The notes under the pieces were generated by a model that saw nothing but the letters and a program-made list of their open reading frames with translations, had not been told where the DNA came from and did not search any database. DNA of 64,000 nucleotides, from assembly GCA_037189525.1 (NCBI GenBank), contig JBBCJC010000005.1:192001-256000 (forward strand), given 5' to 3'. This document shows, one piece after another, positions 21,149-30,132 of this stretch (position 1 is its first letter; each line of letters opens with the position of its first letter). Origin of the DNA: Gemmatimonadales bacterium (GTDB taxonomy: Bacteria > Gemmatimonadota > Gemmatimonadetes > Gemmatimonadales > GWC2-71-9). A program made the position numbers and the translations under genes.

Positions 21149-21504
21149 GCCGGATCGGAATCGGCGTGAGCATTGCACTCGGCGCGCTCATAGGATGCGC
21201 GGCTGGCACACCCGGCGGCGTTCCGACTGCTGCGCGATGCCCGGCAACCGATACGGCAGCCGGGCACCGCACCGCGAGTATCTTCATCGATGGGCGCGAA
21301 ATCGCGGCCGGCCTGTCGGCTCGGCGGGGTACCGAGGAGTTTCCCGAAACCTACAGTTTGGACGGACCCGAACCCGAGGCGCTTGCCGCGCTGCCGGTCG
21401 AACGGATCGATCTGATCGAATACGTCCGGGGCGCCGACGCTGAGCGGAGCTACCGGCTCTGCCCGGGTGGCGTGGCGTTCCTGATCACGACGACGGGGCG
21501 CTGA
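21145..21504 (+). CDS. Small hypothetical lipoprotein
   Basis: MSRIGIGVSIALGALIGC lipobox-like; ATGA overlap with mazG; C-terminus resembles a TonB plug-like segment (IDLIEYVRG...GVAFLITT). Confidence 0.6.
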   Translation: MSRIGIGVSIALGALIGCAAGTPGGVPTAARCPATDTAAGHRTASIFIDGREIAAGLSARRGTEEFPETYSLDGPEPEALAALPVERIDLIEYVRGADAERSYRLCPGGVAFLITTTGR

Positions 21505-21520
21505 TCCTTACCCTGCCGCC

Positions 21521-22816
21521 TCAGGGATAGAGGCGGTGGATCTGGCGCGGGAAGGCGATGGTCTCCCGAATGTGCGGAATCCCGGTAATCCAGGCCACGG
21601 TCCGCTCCACCCCGAGCCCGAAGCCCGAGTGGACGAAGGTGCCGTACTTCCGCAGGTCGAGGTACCAACCGTAGGCCTTGGGATCGAGTCCCTGCGCAAT
21701 GATGCGCGCCAGGAGCCGGTCGTGATCGTCTTCCCGCTGTGATCCGCCGATGATCTCGCCATAGCCTTCCGGCGCCAGACAGTCGTTGTTGAGCACCGTC
21801 CGCGGATCCTCGGGGTTCTCCTTCATATAGAAGGCTTTGACTTCCTTCGGATAGTTCTTGACGAAGATGGGCCGGTCGTACTCCTTGGCCAGCAGCGTTT
21901 CGTCGTCGCCGCCCAGGTCGTCGCCCCATTTGATATCGGAACTCAGCTGGTTCAGGCGGGTCACCGCATCGGTATAGCTGATCCGCGGAAACGGACCCAC
22001 CACCCGCTCGAGCGGAGCCCGGTCGCGCTCCAACTCGTCGAGTTCGTCCTTGCAGCGGTCGAGGGCGCGGGCCACCAGGTAGCTGACCAGGTCCTCCTGG
22101 AGCTGCATGTTGTCGTCCGAATCGGCAAAGGCCACTTCGGGTTCGACCATCCAGAACTCGGTCAGATGCCGGCGGGTCTTCGACTTCTCCGCCCGGAAAG
22201 TCGGACCCAGGCAGTAGACCTTGCCGAGCGCCGCGCAGGAGGCCTCGACGTAGAGCTGGCCGGTCTGCGCCAGGTACGCCTGGCCCAGGTCGAAGTACTC
22301 GGTGGCAAAGAGGTTGCCCGCCTCCTCGCCGATGCTGCCGGTCAGGATCGGCGTGCTGACGTGATAAAAGCCGCGCTCGTCGAAGAAATCGTGCAGGGCC
22401 TGAAAGATCTGATGGCGGACCTTGGCAATCGCCACCTGTTTCCGACTCCGCAGCCAGAGGTGACGGTGCTCGAAGAGGAAGGCCGTGCCGTGCTCCTTGG
22501 GCGTGATCGGGAAGTCCGGGCTCGCACCCAGTACCTCCAACTCGGCCACAGCCAGTTCGACTCCGCCTGCCTGCCGCGCATCGGCCCGAACCTCGCCACG
22601 GACCCGAACCGAGGTCTCCTGCGTCAGCGCGAGCGCCGCCTCCCAGGTTGCCTCGGGCAGGTCCCGCTTGGAAAGGACGCACTGCAGATACCCCGAGCCA
22701 TCGCGCAGCACGAGAAAGGCAATCTTCCCGCTGGTCCGGGTCGTCACGACCCAGCCGGCGACTGTCACGGTCTGGCCGGCGTAGCCGCTCAGGGACTTAA
22801 TGTCTGTCTGTTCCAT
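21521..22816 (-). CDS. asnS: Asparagine--tRNA ligase
   Basis: OB fold, GPTFRAEKSKTRRHLTEFWMVEPE, GEIIGGSQRE, HSGFGLGVER. Confidence 0.96.
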   Translation of the reverse strand: MEQTDIKSLSGYAGQTVTVAGWVVTTRTSGKIAFLVLRDGSGYLQCVLSKRDLPEATWEAALALTQETSVRVRGEVRADARQAGGVELAVAELEVLGASPDFPITPKEHGTAFLFEHRHLWLRSRKQVAIAKVRHQIFQALHDFFDERGFYHVSTPILTGSIGEEAGNLFATEYFDLGQAYLAQTGQLYVEASCAALGKVYCLGPTFRAEKSKTRRHLTEFWMVEPEVAFADSDDNMQLQEDLVSYLVARALDRCKDELDELERDRAPLERVVGPFPRISYTDAVTRLNQLSSDIKWGDDLGGDDETLLAKEYDRPIFVKNYPKEVKAFYMKENPEDPRTVLNNDCLAPEGYGEIIGGSQREDDHDRLLARIIAQGLDPKAYGWYLDLRKYGTFVHSGFGLGVERTVAWITGIPHIRETIAFPRQIHRLYP

Positions 22817-23091
22817 GCCGATAATCGAAGGTTCGGGGCCGCCTATTGTACCGGGGATGAGCCATCGAGGTCAATTCCCGGTCGCCCGACCCGCTGTGCA
22901 AGTACCAATAGCGTCAAGCGTCAAAATATTGCACCTTCTCACACCACAAAACGTTCGATTTCAATACACTGAACGATTTTTATGATCTTGCGCGTACGCC
23001 GCCTCTTTCTGATCTTTGGCCCGTCGACGGTGCCGACCGAGACGGAACCGCGCCGAGCCGAGTCACCCAGAGCACGCTTACGAGGTATCTG

Positions 23092-23331
23092 ATGGCCATT
23101 CACATGCAGGCTCGTCTCAAGTCCGAACACACTCTCCGCTACCCGCGCCTTTCCGCGAACATGTGGTACGAGGTGTCACCCATCTTCCCCGGCGTGACGA
23201 CGCGCCGCGTGGATATCTTCGGCCGCCGGATCACGAGGATCCGCACGGCTCGTGATTACGAGACAGTGCAGGCGGCCCACTTCGAGTTCAGAGAACGGCC
23301 AGTCGAAGAGGAACAGGTCGTCATGGCCTGA
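23092..23331 (+). CDS. Small hypothetical protein (75-79 aa)
   Basis: SD-like GAGGT before ATG, GC3-rich codons, followed by a terminator. Confidence 0.65.
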   Translation: MAIHMQARLKSEHTLRYPRLSANMWYEVSPIFPGVTTRRVDIFGRRITRIRTARDYETVQAAHFEFRERPVEEEQVVMA

Positions 23332-23357
23332 CGCCAACCGAGTCTGACATCACACCG

Positions 23358-23398
23358 AAGGCGGCAGCCCGACATCGGGATCTGCCGCCTTTTTTGTT
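23358..23398 (+). terminator. Intrinsic terminator
   Basis: AAGGCGGCAG-CCCGA...TCGGGA-TCTGCCGCCTT followed by a T-tract. Confidence 0.85.
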
Positions 23399-23766
23399 CA
23401 AAAACCCTCAATCGTTTCTTTTCCACACGACAGCAAGCTGTCCCTTATCGTATGGTCGTAATTGCTTGTCTTGATAGAACCTAGCGAGCAGAGAGGAAAA
23501 GCAGCTCAACCGTTACATCACCCGGACGCCTTCGCCTGACGGGCCATGGTCGAGGCAAAAGGACCCCCTACGTCCCGCGAAAAGCAGTGTCACATTTCCA
23601 CGTCACTGCAGACCAGACAGCATTCTGGTCCGTTTGACGCACCGCCGCTCGGTATGCAACTTCTCTTCAGCCGCCCCGGCGCCGAGCCAGCCAACGGTTG
23701 ACCCCCGACCGGTGTCTAAGGCCGAGAACTCGCTTTCGTACCTCAGAGGTTGTGAAAGGACCTGCC

Positions 23767-25137
23767 ATGCGCCTTCTCCGCGCTCGCTGGTTTCAGATCC
23801 TGCTCGTCGTCGTGGCACTGTCCGCAGTCGCCGCGTGGGCCATGGGCGGCGACAAGGATACGACGTCCCCGGTCGTGGCTCGGGTCGGCCGGGGGGCCTT
23901 TCGCGTCACGGTCACGACCTCGGGCGAGCTACGGGCACTCAAGGCCGTCAATATTTCGGTCCCGCCCAACGCCCAGCAGGCCGAAGCCTACCAGATGCGG
24001 ATTCAGACCATCGTCCCCGAGGGCACGGTGGTGAAGGAGGGCGACGTCGTCGCCGAGCTGGACCGGTCCACGCTGGCAACCAAGATGGCCGAATTCAGCC
24101 TGGCGCTGCAGAAGGCCGAGGCGGTCTACGAGCAGGCAATGCTGGACTCGACGCTCAACCTGTCCAAGGCCCGGGAAGAGATCCGCACCATGGACCTGGG
24201 CCTGGAGGAGAAGAAGCTGGCCAAGGAGCAGGCGGTCTACGAGGCCCCCACGGTCCGGCGTCAGGCGGAGATCGACTACGAAAAGGCCGAACGGGCGCTG
24301 GCTCAAGCCAAGGTCGACTACAAGACGAAGGTGGAGCAGGCCCAGGCCAAGATGCGCGAGGTCGGCGCCGATCGCGAACGCCAGCAGAACAAGGTCCGCC
24401 TGGTCCAGGAAGTCATGGCGGGGTTCACGGTCCGGGCCCCGACTGCCGGGATGGTGATCTACTTCAAGGAATGGAACGGACGGAAGCGAACCACCGGTTC
24501 GCAGGTATCCGCCTGGGACCAGGTGGTCGCGACCCTGCCCGACCTGAGTCAGATGGAGTCGATCACCTTCGTCAACGAAATCGATGTCCGGAAGGTGTCC
24601 GTCGGGCAGGTGGTGGCCATCTCGCTCGATTCGGACCCGACCAAGCGCCTGACCGGGAAGGTGACTGCGGTCGCCAACGTCGGCGAACAGCGCCCCAACA
24701 CCGACGCCAAAGTCTTCGAAGTCAAAGTCCTCATCGAGCAGCCGGACACCACACTCCGCCCCGGTATGACCACCGGCAACGAGATCGAAACGTTCCGGAG
24801 CGATGACGCCCTGTCCGTACCGATCGAGGCTCTCGCGAGCGAGGGCGGCGTGCCCTTCGTGTTCCGCCAGGACGGGGGCCGGGTCACCAAGCAGGAAGTG
24901 GAGACCGGCACCATGAATGACGATGAGGTGGTGATCCTCCGCGGCCTCAACGAAAACGATCGGGTGCTGCTCTCGCCTCCTGCGGACCGTGAGAAGATGG
25001 AGATCAAACGGCTGCCCGGTTCGACTGCCGCCCCTGCCGCGGACGGCGATACCGCAGCGCCTGCCCTGCCCCTCAGCGATTCGAGCAAAGCCGGCAAGGC
25101 GGCACGCCCGTCGCCCGATACCAAAGCGGGGACCTGA
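23767..25137 (+). CDS. Efflux periplasmic adaptor subunit (HlyD/MacA family)
   Basis: N-terminal TM, VPEGTVVKEGD, long coiled coil, VRAPTAG, LRPGMT. Confidence 0.92.
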   Translation: MRLLRARWFQILLVVVALSAVAAWAMGGDKDTTSPVVARVGRGAFRVTVTTSGELRALKAVNISVPPNAQQAEAYQMRIQTIVPEGTVVKEGDVVAELDRSTLATKMAEFSLALQKAEAVYEQAMLDSTLNLSKAREEIRTMDLGLEEKKLAKEQAVYEAPTVRRQAEIDYEKAERALAQAKVDYKTKVEQAQAKMREVGADRERQQNKVRLVQEVMAGFTVRAPTAGMVIYFKEWNGRKRTTGSQVSAWDQVVATLPDLSQMESITFVNEIDVRKVSVGQVVAISLDSDPTKRLTGKVTAVANVGEQRPNTDAKVFEVKVLIEQPDTTLRPGMTTGNEIETFRSDDALSVPIEALASEGGVPFVFRQDGGRVTKQEVETGTMNDDEVVILRGLNENDRVLLSPPADREKMEIKRLPGSTAAPAADGDTAAPALPLSDSSKAGKAARPSPDTKAGT

Positions 25138-25142
25138 GCCAC

Positions 25143-26531
25143 GTGCGTCTCGACTGGCAATCCCTCCGGGGGCGACTGACCGCGCACATCGGTTTCAGTA
25201 TGCGCACCGCGCTCGAAGCGGTGCGTCACAATACCCTGCGCGCCGCCCTGACCTCCCTGGGCATTCTCTTCGGCGTGGCCTCCGTGATTGCGATGCTGGC
25301 CATCGGCAAAGGGGCCGAGCACGAGATCCTCGAGCAGATGGTGCTCCTGGGCTCGAACAACGTGGTGATCACTCCGCTGATCGAACAGAAGGAAGGCCCC
25401 GCCAACGAGCAGGCCAAAGAGGAACCCAAGCGTTTCTCGCCGGGTCTGACCTACGCCGATGCAGCGGCCCTGGCGCGGGTGATTCCGGCGGTCGATGCCA
25501 TCAGCGCCGAGGTGGTGCTCAACACCAACATCACCCGGGAAGGCCAGCGCCGATCGGGCAAGCTGGTGGGCGTCGACACCGCTTACTTCCGGATCACCAA
25601 CCTGGCGTTAGGCGCGGGTGAATGGTTCAGCGCCACCCAGGTGGCGCAGGGTCTCCCGGTCGCGATCATCGGCCAGGGCGTGCGGAGCCGGTTCTTTGCC
25701 ACGGAAGAGCCGATCGGCCGCCGAATCAAAGTCGGTGACACCTGGCTGACCGTGGTGGGCGTACTGACCGATCGACGAGTCAACGACGACATTGCCGCGC
25801 GCCTGGGAATTCGAGACGCGAACATGGACGTCTACGTTCCGGTTCACACCATGCTGAGCCGGTTCCGGAACCGCGCGCTGGTGACCCAGCGGGACATCGA
25901 GCTGGCCACGCGGCGGACCAACACCTCGCAGAACAACGAGGCCAGCGAAACCGAAGAACAGCGCAGCGAGCGGATCAACCGGAACCAGCTGGACCGGATC
26001 ATCCTCCGGGTGGCCGACGCCCGCCAGGTCACAGGCGTTGCCGACATTGCCCAACGTATGCTCACGCGGCGTCACAACAACGTCATCGACTTCGAGATCA
26101 CCGTGCCCGAGCTGTTGCTCAAACAGGAACAGCGGACCCGGACGATCTTCAACATCGTGCTGGGCGCCATTGCCTCGATCTCGCTGGTCGTCGGCGGCAT
26201 CGGCATCATGAACATCATGCTGGCGTCGGTGCTCGAACGGATTCGGGAAATCGGGGTCCGCCGCGCGGTCGGCGCGACGCAGCAGGAAATCCTGTTTCAG
26301 TTCCTGAGCGAGGCCGTGCTCATCAGCGTGGCCGGCGGTGTGGCCGGGATCCTGGTCGGCGCCGGCTTGAGCTTCGGGATCGAGCGCCTGGCCGGCATCA
26401 AAACCATCGTCTCTTCCCTGTCGGTGCTGGTGGCATTCGGCGTATCGTTCAGCGTCGGCATCGCCTTCGGTATCGTGCCCGCCTATCGCGCGGCACGCCA
26501 GGACCCCGTCGTCTGCCTCCGGTACGAGTGA
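25143..26531 (+). CDS. MacB/FtsX-type ABC transporter permease (no fused ATPase)
   Basis: RAALTSLGILFGVASVIAM, GGIGIMNIMLASVLERIREIGVRRAVGA, PAYRAARQDPV. Confidence 0.93.
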   Translation: MRLDWQSLRGRLTAHIGFSMRTALEAVRHNTLRAALTSLGILFGVASVIAMLAIGKGAEHEILEQMVLLGSNNVVITPLIEQKEGPANEQAKEEPKRFSPGLTYADAAALARVIPAVDAISAEVVLNTNITREGQRRSGKLVGVDTAYFRITNLALGAGEWFSATQVAQGLPVAIIGQGVRSRFFATEEPIGRRIKVGDTWLTVVGVLTDRRVNDDIAARLGIRDANMDVYVPVHTMLSRFRNRALVTQRDIELATRRTNTSQNNEASETEEQRSERINRNQLDRIILRVADARQVTGVADIAQRMLTRRHNNVIDFEITVPELLLKQEQRTRTIFNIVLGAIASISLVVGGIGIMNIMLASVLERIREIGVRRAVGATQQEILFQFLSEAVLISVAGGVAGILVGAGLSFGIERLAGIKTIVSSLSVLVAFGVSFSVGIAFGIVPAYRAARQDPVVCLRYE

Positions 26532-28000
26532 TTCCCATGTCTCCGTTTTCTCTCGGCCGATCGGCCGCCGCGGCGGTCGTGCTGTGGTCGGCAGCCGTCA
26601 CCTCGGTTGCCGCGCAGGACTCGCTCACCCTCGCGCGGACCATTGCGATTGCGCAGGACCGGAGTTTCCCCGCGCGGGCGGCCAAGGCCACCCGTGATGC
26701 CGCGCGTTATCGGGACCGCGCCTTCCACGGGCGCCTGCTGCCGCAAGTCTCGCTGTCGGGCACCTTGCCCCGCTACAACCGGTCCATCATCCAGGTCATC
26801 CAGCCGGACGGCAGCACGCTGTTCCGTCCGCAGGACCTGACCAACTCCGCCCTGACCGCCACGGTCAGCCAGCGACTGCCGGTCACCGGAGGCGACCTGT
26901 TCGTGACGTCGTCGCTCTCCCGGCTCGCGGTGAGCGGCCAGCAAACGACGCGAACGTACTCATCGACCCCGTTCTCCATCGGATTGCGACAAGGTATCTT
27001 CCGGCCCAACACCGACGGATGGGACCGGCGCGAGCAACCGGTGCGCAACGAGCTGGCCGAACGCGGCTACCGTGAGGCCAAAGAGGATATCGCGATCCAG
27101 ACGACCAGCTTGTTCTTCGACGTCTATGCCGCGGAGATGGCGCTGGACAATGCGGCGCGGAACGTCGGCGTCAACGACACCTTGTACCGGCTCAATCAGG
27201 GACGGTTCGAGGTCGGCCGGATCGGCGAGAACGACCTGCTCCAGAGCGAACTCGCCTTGCTGCGGAGTCGCAACGCCCTGGACGGCGCTCGGCTCGAGTA
27301 TCAGCGCACGCAGGTAGCGCTCCGGACCGCGCTCGACCTTCCGGCCGATGCGCCCGTGGATGTCGTCGTGCCAGCGACTGTGCCCGATGTCACCATCGAC
27401 ACCCTGGTTGCCGCGAGCGAAGCCCTGCGAAATCGGGCCACGGTAACCGATGCGGAGCTGCAGCGGATCCAGGCCGACCGGCGCGTCAACGAAGCCAAGC
27501 TGGCCAACGGACCCGGCGCTACCGTGCAGGCGAGCTACGGTTTCAACGCGACCGCGCCCGAGATGAGCCTGGCCTACTCGAACCTGCTCGAGGCCCGGCA
27601 GTTCACGCTCTCCGTGGAGATGCCCCTGATACGCTGGGGCGCCAACAAGGGCGAGGTCCAGGCCGCCCAGGCCGACCGGCAGCGCATCGAGAGCAATACG
27701 ACCCTGGCCCTCCGTCAAACGGCCAATGAAGGCCATTTCGCAGCTCTCGAACTCGCGCAGGCCGCTCGCGCGCTGACCATCTCGGCCAAAGCGGACACCG
27801 TGGCCACCAAGCGGTTCGAGGTCGCCTACAACCGCTACGTGATCGGGCGGATCGCGATCGATAACCTCTACATAGCCCAGACCGAGAAGGATCAGGCGGT
27901 GAGCCAGTTCGTCCAGGCGCTGCGCGGGTACTGGCAGGCGTACTACCGGCTCCGGCGGCTCACCCTCTTCGACTTCGTGGCCAACCAGCCGATCCAATAG
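26528..28000 (+). CDS. TolC family outer membrane efflux protein
   Basis: Signal peptide, two OEP-like repeats (RFEVGRI, RYVIGRI), coupled to the permease gene. Confidence 0.9.
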   Translation: MIPMSPFSLGRSAAAAVVLWSAAVTSVAAQDSLTLARTIAIAQDRSFPARAAKATRDAARYRDRAFHGRLLPQVSLSGTLPRYNRSIIQVIQPDGSTLFRPQDLTNSALTATVSQRLPVTGGDLFVTSSLSRLAVSGQQTTRTYSSTPFSIGLRQGIFRPNTDGWDRREQPVRNELAERGYREAKEDIAIQTTSLFFDVYAAEMALDNAARNVGVNDTLYRLNQGRFEVGRIGENDLLQSELALLRSRNALDGARLEYQRTQVALRTALDLPADAPVDVVVPATVPDVTIDTLVAASEALRNRATVTDAELQRIQADRRVNEAKLANGPGATVQASYGFNATAPEMSLAYSNLLEARQFTLSVEMPLIRWGANKGEVQAAQADRQRIESNTTLALRQTANEGHFAALELAQAARALTISAKADTVATKRFEVAYNRYVIGRIAIDNLYIAQTEKDQAVSQFVQALRGYWQAYYRLRRLTLFDFVANQPIQ

Positions 28001-28067
28001 CCGCGGATTGACGGAACGCCCCCGACGCGCCAGCTTACCTCTGTCGGGGCGCGGTCGGGGAGACTCT

Positions 28068-28202
28068 ATGCGGATCCTCACCTTTGGCACCACCAGCATG
28101 GTGGGCCAGCGCGGGCTGCGCGAATGCCTGCGCACATCGACCGTCCAGTTGGGGCAGACCATCGGCCAGAGCACTCTCGGCCGGCAGCACTCCATCCTCC
28201 GC
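28068..28202 (+). pseudogene. Decayed N-terminal fragment of an NAD(P)-binding epimerase/SDR, in frame with the CPBP gene
   Basis: MRILTFGTTSMVGQRGLRECL...QTIGQS...QH resembles MxxLxFGATGMVGQGVLRECL...TIGRS with the GxxGxxG motif broken. Confidence 0.55.
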
Positions 28203-29102
28203 ACAACCCTGCGCACCGGCCTGATCTCCATGCTGGCCGTTACCCCGCTATTCGCCCAGCAAGCTCTCCAGGATGAAGCCCCTCGCGACTCCGCCGTTGC
28301 CACTCCTCGGCGCGGCGGTCAGTTCCTCTGGCCGTTCAGCAACATGCTGCTGCCCGGCGCGGGACTCTACGGGACCGGGCGTCCGGTGTCCGGCGCCGGA
28401 TATACCGCCAGCGCGCTCGTGGGAGTCGGCCTGGTCGGCCATTCCTCGTGGGGTGAGTTCGACCTCGACGCCCGGGACAGCCGAGGCCAACGCATTGCCG
28501 TAGGGCTCGCGGTACTGAGCGCGAGCGGGATGCTCGGTGCGTATGATACGTTCCGGGGCTCGCTCCCCGGCTTCAAAGCAGCCGGGAAGTATGACGATCT
28601 GGAGCACACGCCATCGGTCGGACAGATCATGGCCGCGCCGGCGGACCCACGATACCTGCGCCGGTGGACGACCTGGGTCGGCCTGGCCTTTACGGCGGTT
28701 GCGACCGTCGGAGTGCTTTCGCAGGAGAAGGACCCCGGCGCTCCGCCGCTCGGCGGGCGGGACGTGGCATACTCCGGCGCCATATCACTGGGTGCGGCGG
28801 CCGGTGAAGAGGCTGCGTTCCGCGGCTGGCTGCTCCCGCTCTTCCATCAGAACATGGGGCAGAAGTTCTGGCTCGCCAACGGCCTGCAGTCTACGATTTT
28901 CGGCGCCGGTCATCCCGATGCCAAAGAGTTCGCGTTCGTGATCGGCGCGTGGGCATTCTACCAGGGCTGGCTCACACGCCGGAACGGTTGGGACGTCCGG
29001 GAGTCGACGTTCCAGCATTTCTGGTACGACGTGGCAATCTTCCTGGCAACATTATCCCGATCCAATGGCACGGCCTCGATCGGAGCGACAGTGCGATTCT
29101 AA
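28068..29102 (+). CDS. CPBP (CAAX/Abi) intramembrane glutamic endopeptidase; start uncertain (28068 or about 28230)
   Basis: GEEAAFRGW, FGAGH and QHFWYD motifs plus TM helices. Confidence 0.8.
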   Translation: MRILTFGTTSMVGQRGLRECLRTSTVQLGQTIGQSTLGRQHSILRTTLRTGLISMLAVTPLFAQQALQDEAPRDSAVATPRRGGQFLWPFSNMLLPGAGLYGTGRPVSGAGYTASALVGVGLVGHSSWGEFDLDARDSRGQRIAVGLAVLSASGMLGAYDTFRGSLPGFKAAGKYDDLEHTPSVGQIMAAPADPRYLRRWTTWVGLAFTAVATVGVLSQEKDPGAPPLGGRDVAYSGAISLGAAAGEEAAFRGWLLPLFHQNMGQKFWLANGLQSTIFGAGHPDAKEFAFVIGAWAFYQGWLTRRNGWDVRESTFQHFWYDVAIFLATLSRSNGTASIGATVRF

Positions 29103-29167
29103 GGAGCGCTCCGACATGGGCAGAGACAATCTTTGTCCCGGCGGACAGCGGCGTCGGCGAGAGTACA

Positions 29168-29315
29168 CCCGTGGCACATCACCAGGACGCCAGCACGCGT
29201 CGTCACCAGATCCGGTTCGATGATGCGTCGGCGCCCTGGGCAATGGCCAGTCGGTACGATTCGATAGCGTGTTCGGGACGGTACCCCGATACGCTGCAGT
29301 GCCGACGATGGGATT
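29168..29315 (-). pseudogene. Frameshifted N-terminal remnant of glycerophosphodiester phosphodiesterase (GlpQ/GDPD)
   Basis: PIVG/HCSVSGYRPEHAIESYRLAIAQGAD/IIEPDLVTTRAGVLVMCH across two frameshifts, versus consensus GHRGASGYRPEHT...GADxIEPDLVxTKDGVLVxxH. Confidence 0.75.
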
Positions 29316-29393
29316 GTTGGAACTCGTGAGCAGAAGGACAGCAAGAGCATACTGCCTGCAGCGCACGAATCGTTTCTTGCGCTGCAGGCGGTG

Positions 29394-29921
29394 CTAGTGC
29401 AGAGTCACGCTCAGTCCAATCTGACCAACGTTTGCGTTGGAATTGGACGTCCGGACGGCAAAGCCATTCCAAAACGGGGTAAGGCTGACGTTAGTTCCAA
29501 CCCGGATATCGAGCCCCAGACCGAACAGCAGGCCGACACCAACCTCACTGTCGCTACCAAACCCGTCGATATCGGCGCTGATCGACCCCAGACCCAAACC
29601 GCCTGTAAGAAAGAACCCGCCGGTAGCGCTCGGATAAAAGCGAACACGGGCATCCAGCGTCCCTGCAGTCAGCGTCACCCCGTTCTCGGACTTCGTCCAA
29701 CCCGAGGTTCCGACTCCCAACAGGAACTTCTGACTGATGGTTCCTCCCAGCGAGAGGCCACCGCTCGGCCCCGTTTCACGCGCTTCACAGTCCTCGCAGC
29801 CGAGCGAGCCAAATCCCAAGCCGCCGTTGAACCAGAACCCGTTTCGGGAATGCTTGGTCTGGGCGCTCAGTGCGCTTGCTCCAGCGAAAAACAGCACAGC
29901 CAACAATACGGTGCGCTTCAT
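29394..29921 (-). CDS. Small outer membrane beta-barrel protein (OmpA-like, about 8 strands)
   Basis: Signal peptide and Gly/aromatic alternating strands (GFWFNGGLGFG, GFFLTGGLGLG, LSVTLH). Confidence 0.8.
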   Translation of the reverse strand: MKRTVLLAVLFFAGASALSAQTKHSRNGFWFNGGLGFGSLGCEDCEARETGPSGGLSLGGTISQKFLLGVGTSGWTKSENGVTLTAGTLDARVRFYPSATGGFFLTGGLGLGSISADIDGFGSDSEVGVGLLFGLGLDIRVGTNVSLTPFWNGFAVRTSNSNANVGQIGLSVTLH

Positions 29922-30132
29922 TCGCTTCCTCCGTTCTGTGCGTTTTGCTCAGATTGAATGCTTGGCAAGAACAGCCCTGGCCTTGTCGCCAATCAAGCTA
30001 TGATGCGATGGGGCATCTCCAACTTAACCCGAAGGTTCAGCACGGCAACTTGCACGTCAAAAGCAAGTTATGAGTGGGTTCTTACACGAGATCGACGGAA
30101 CCGCCCGAGTGCGTAACTGACAGTACTCGGAA

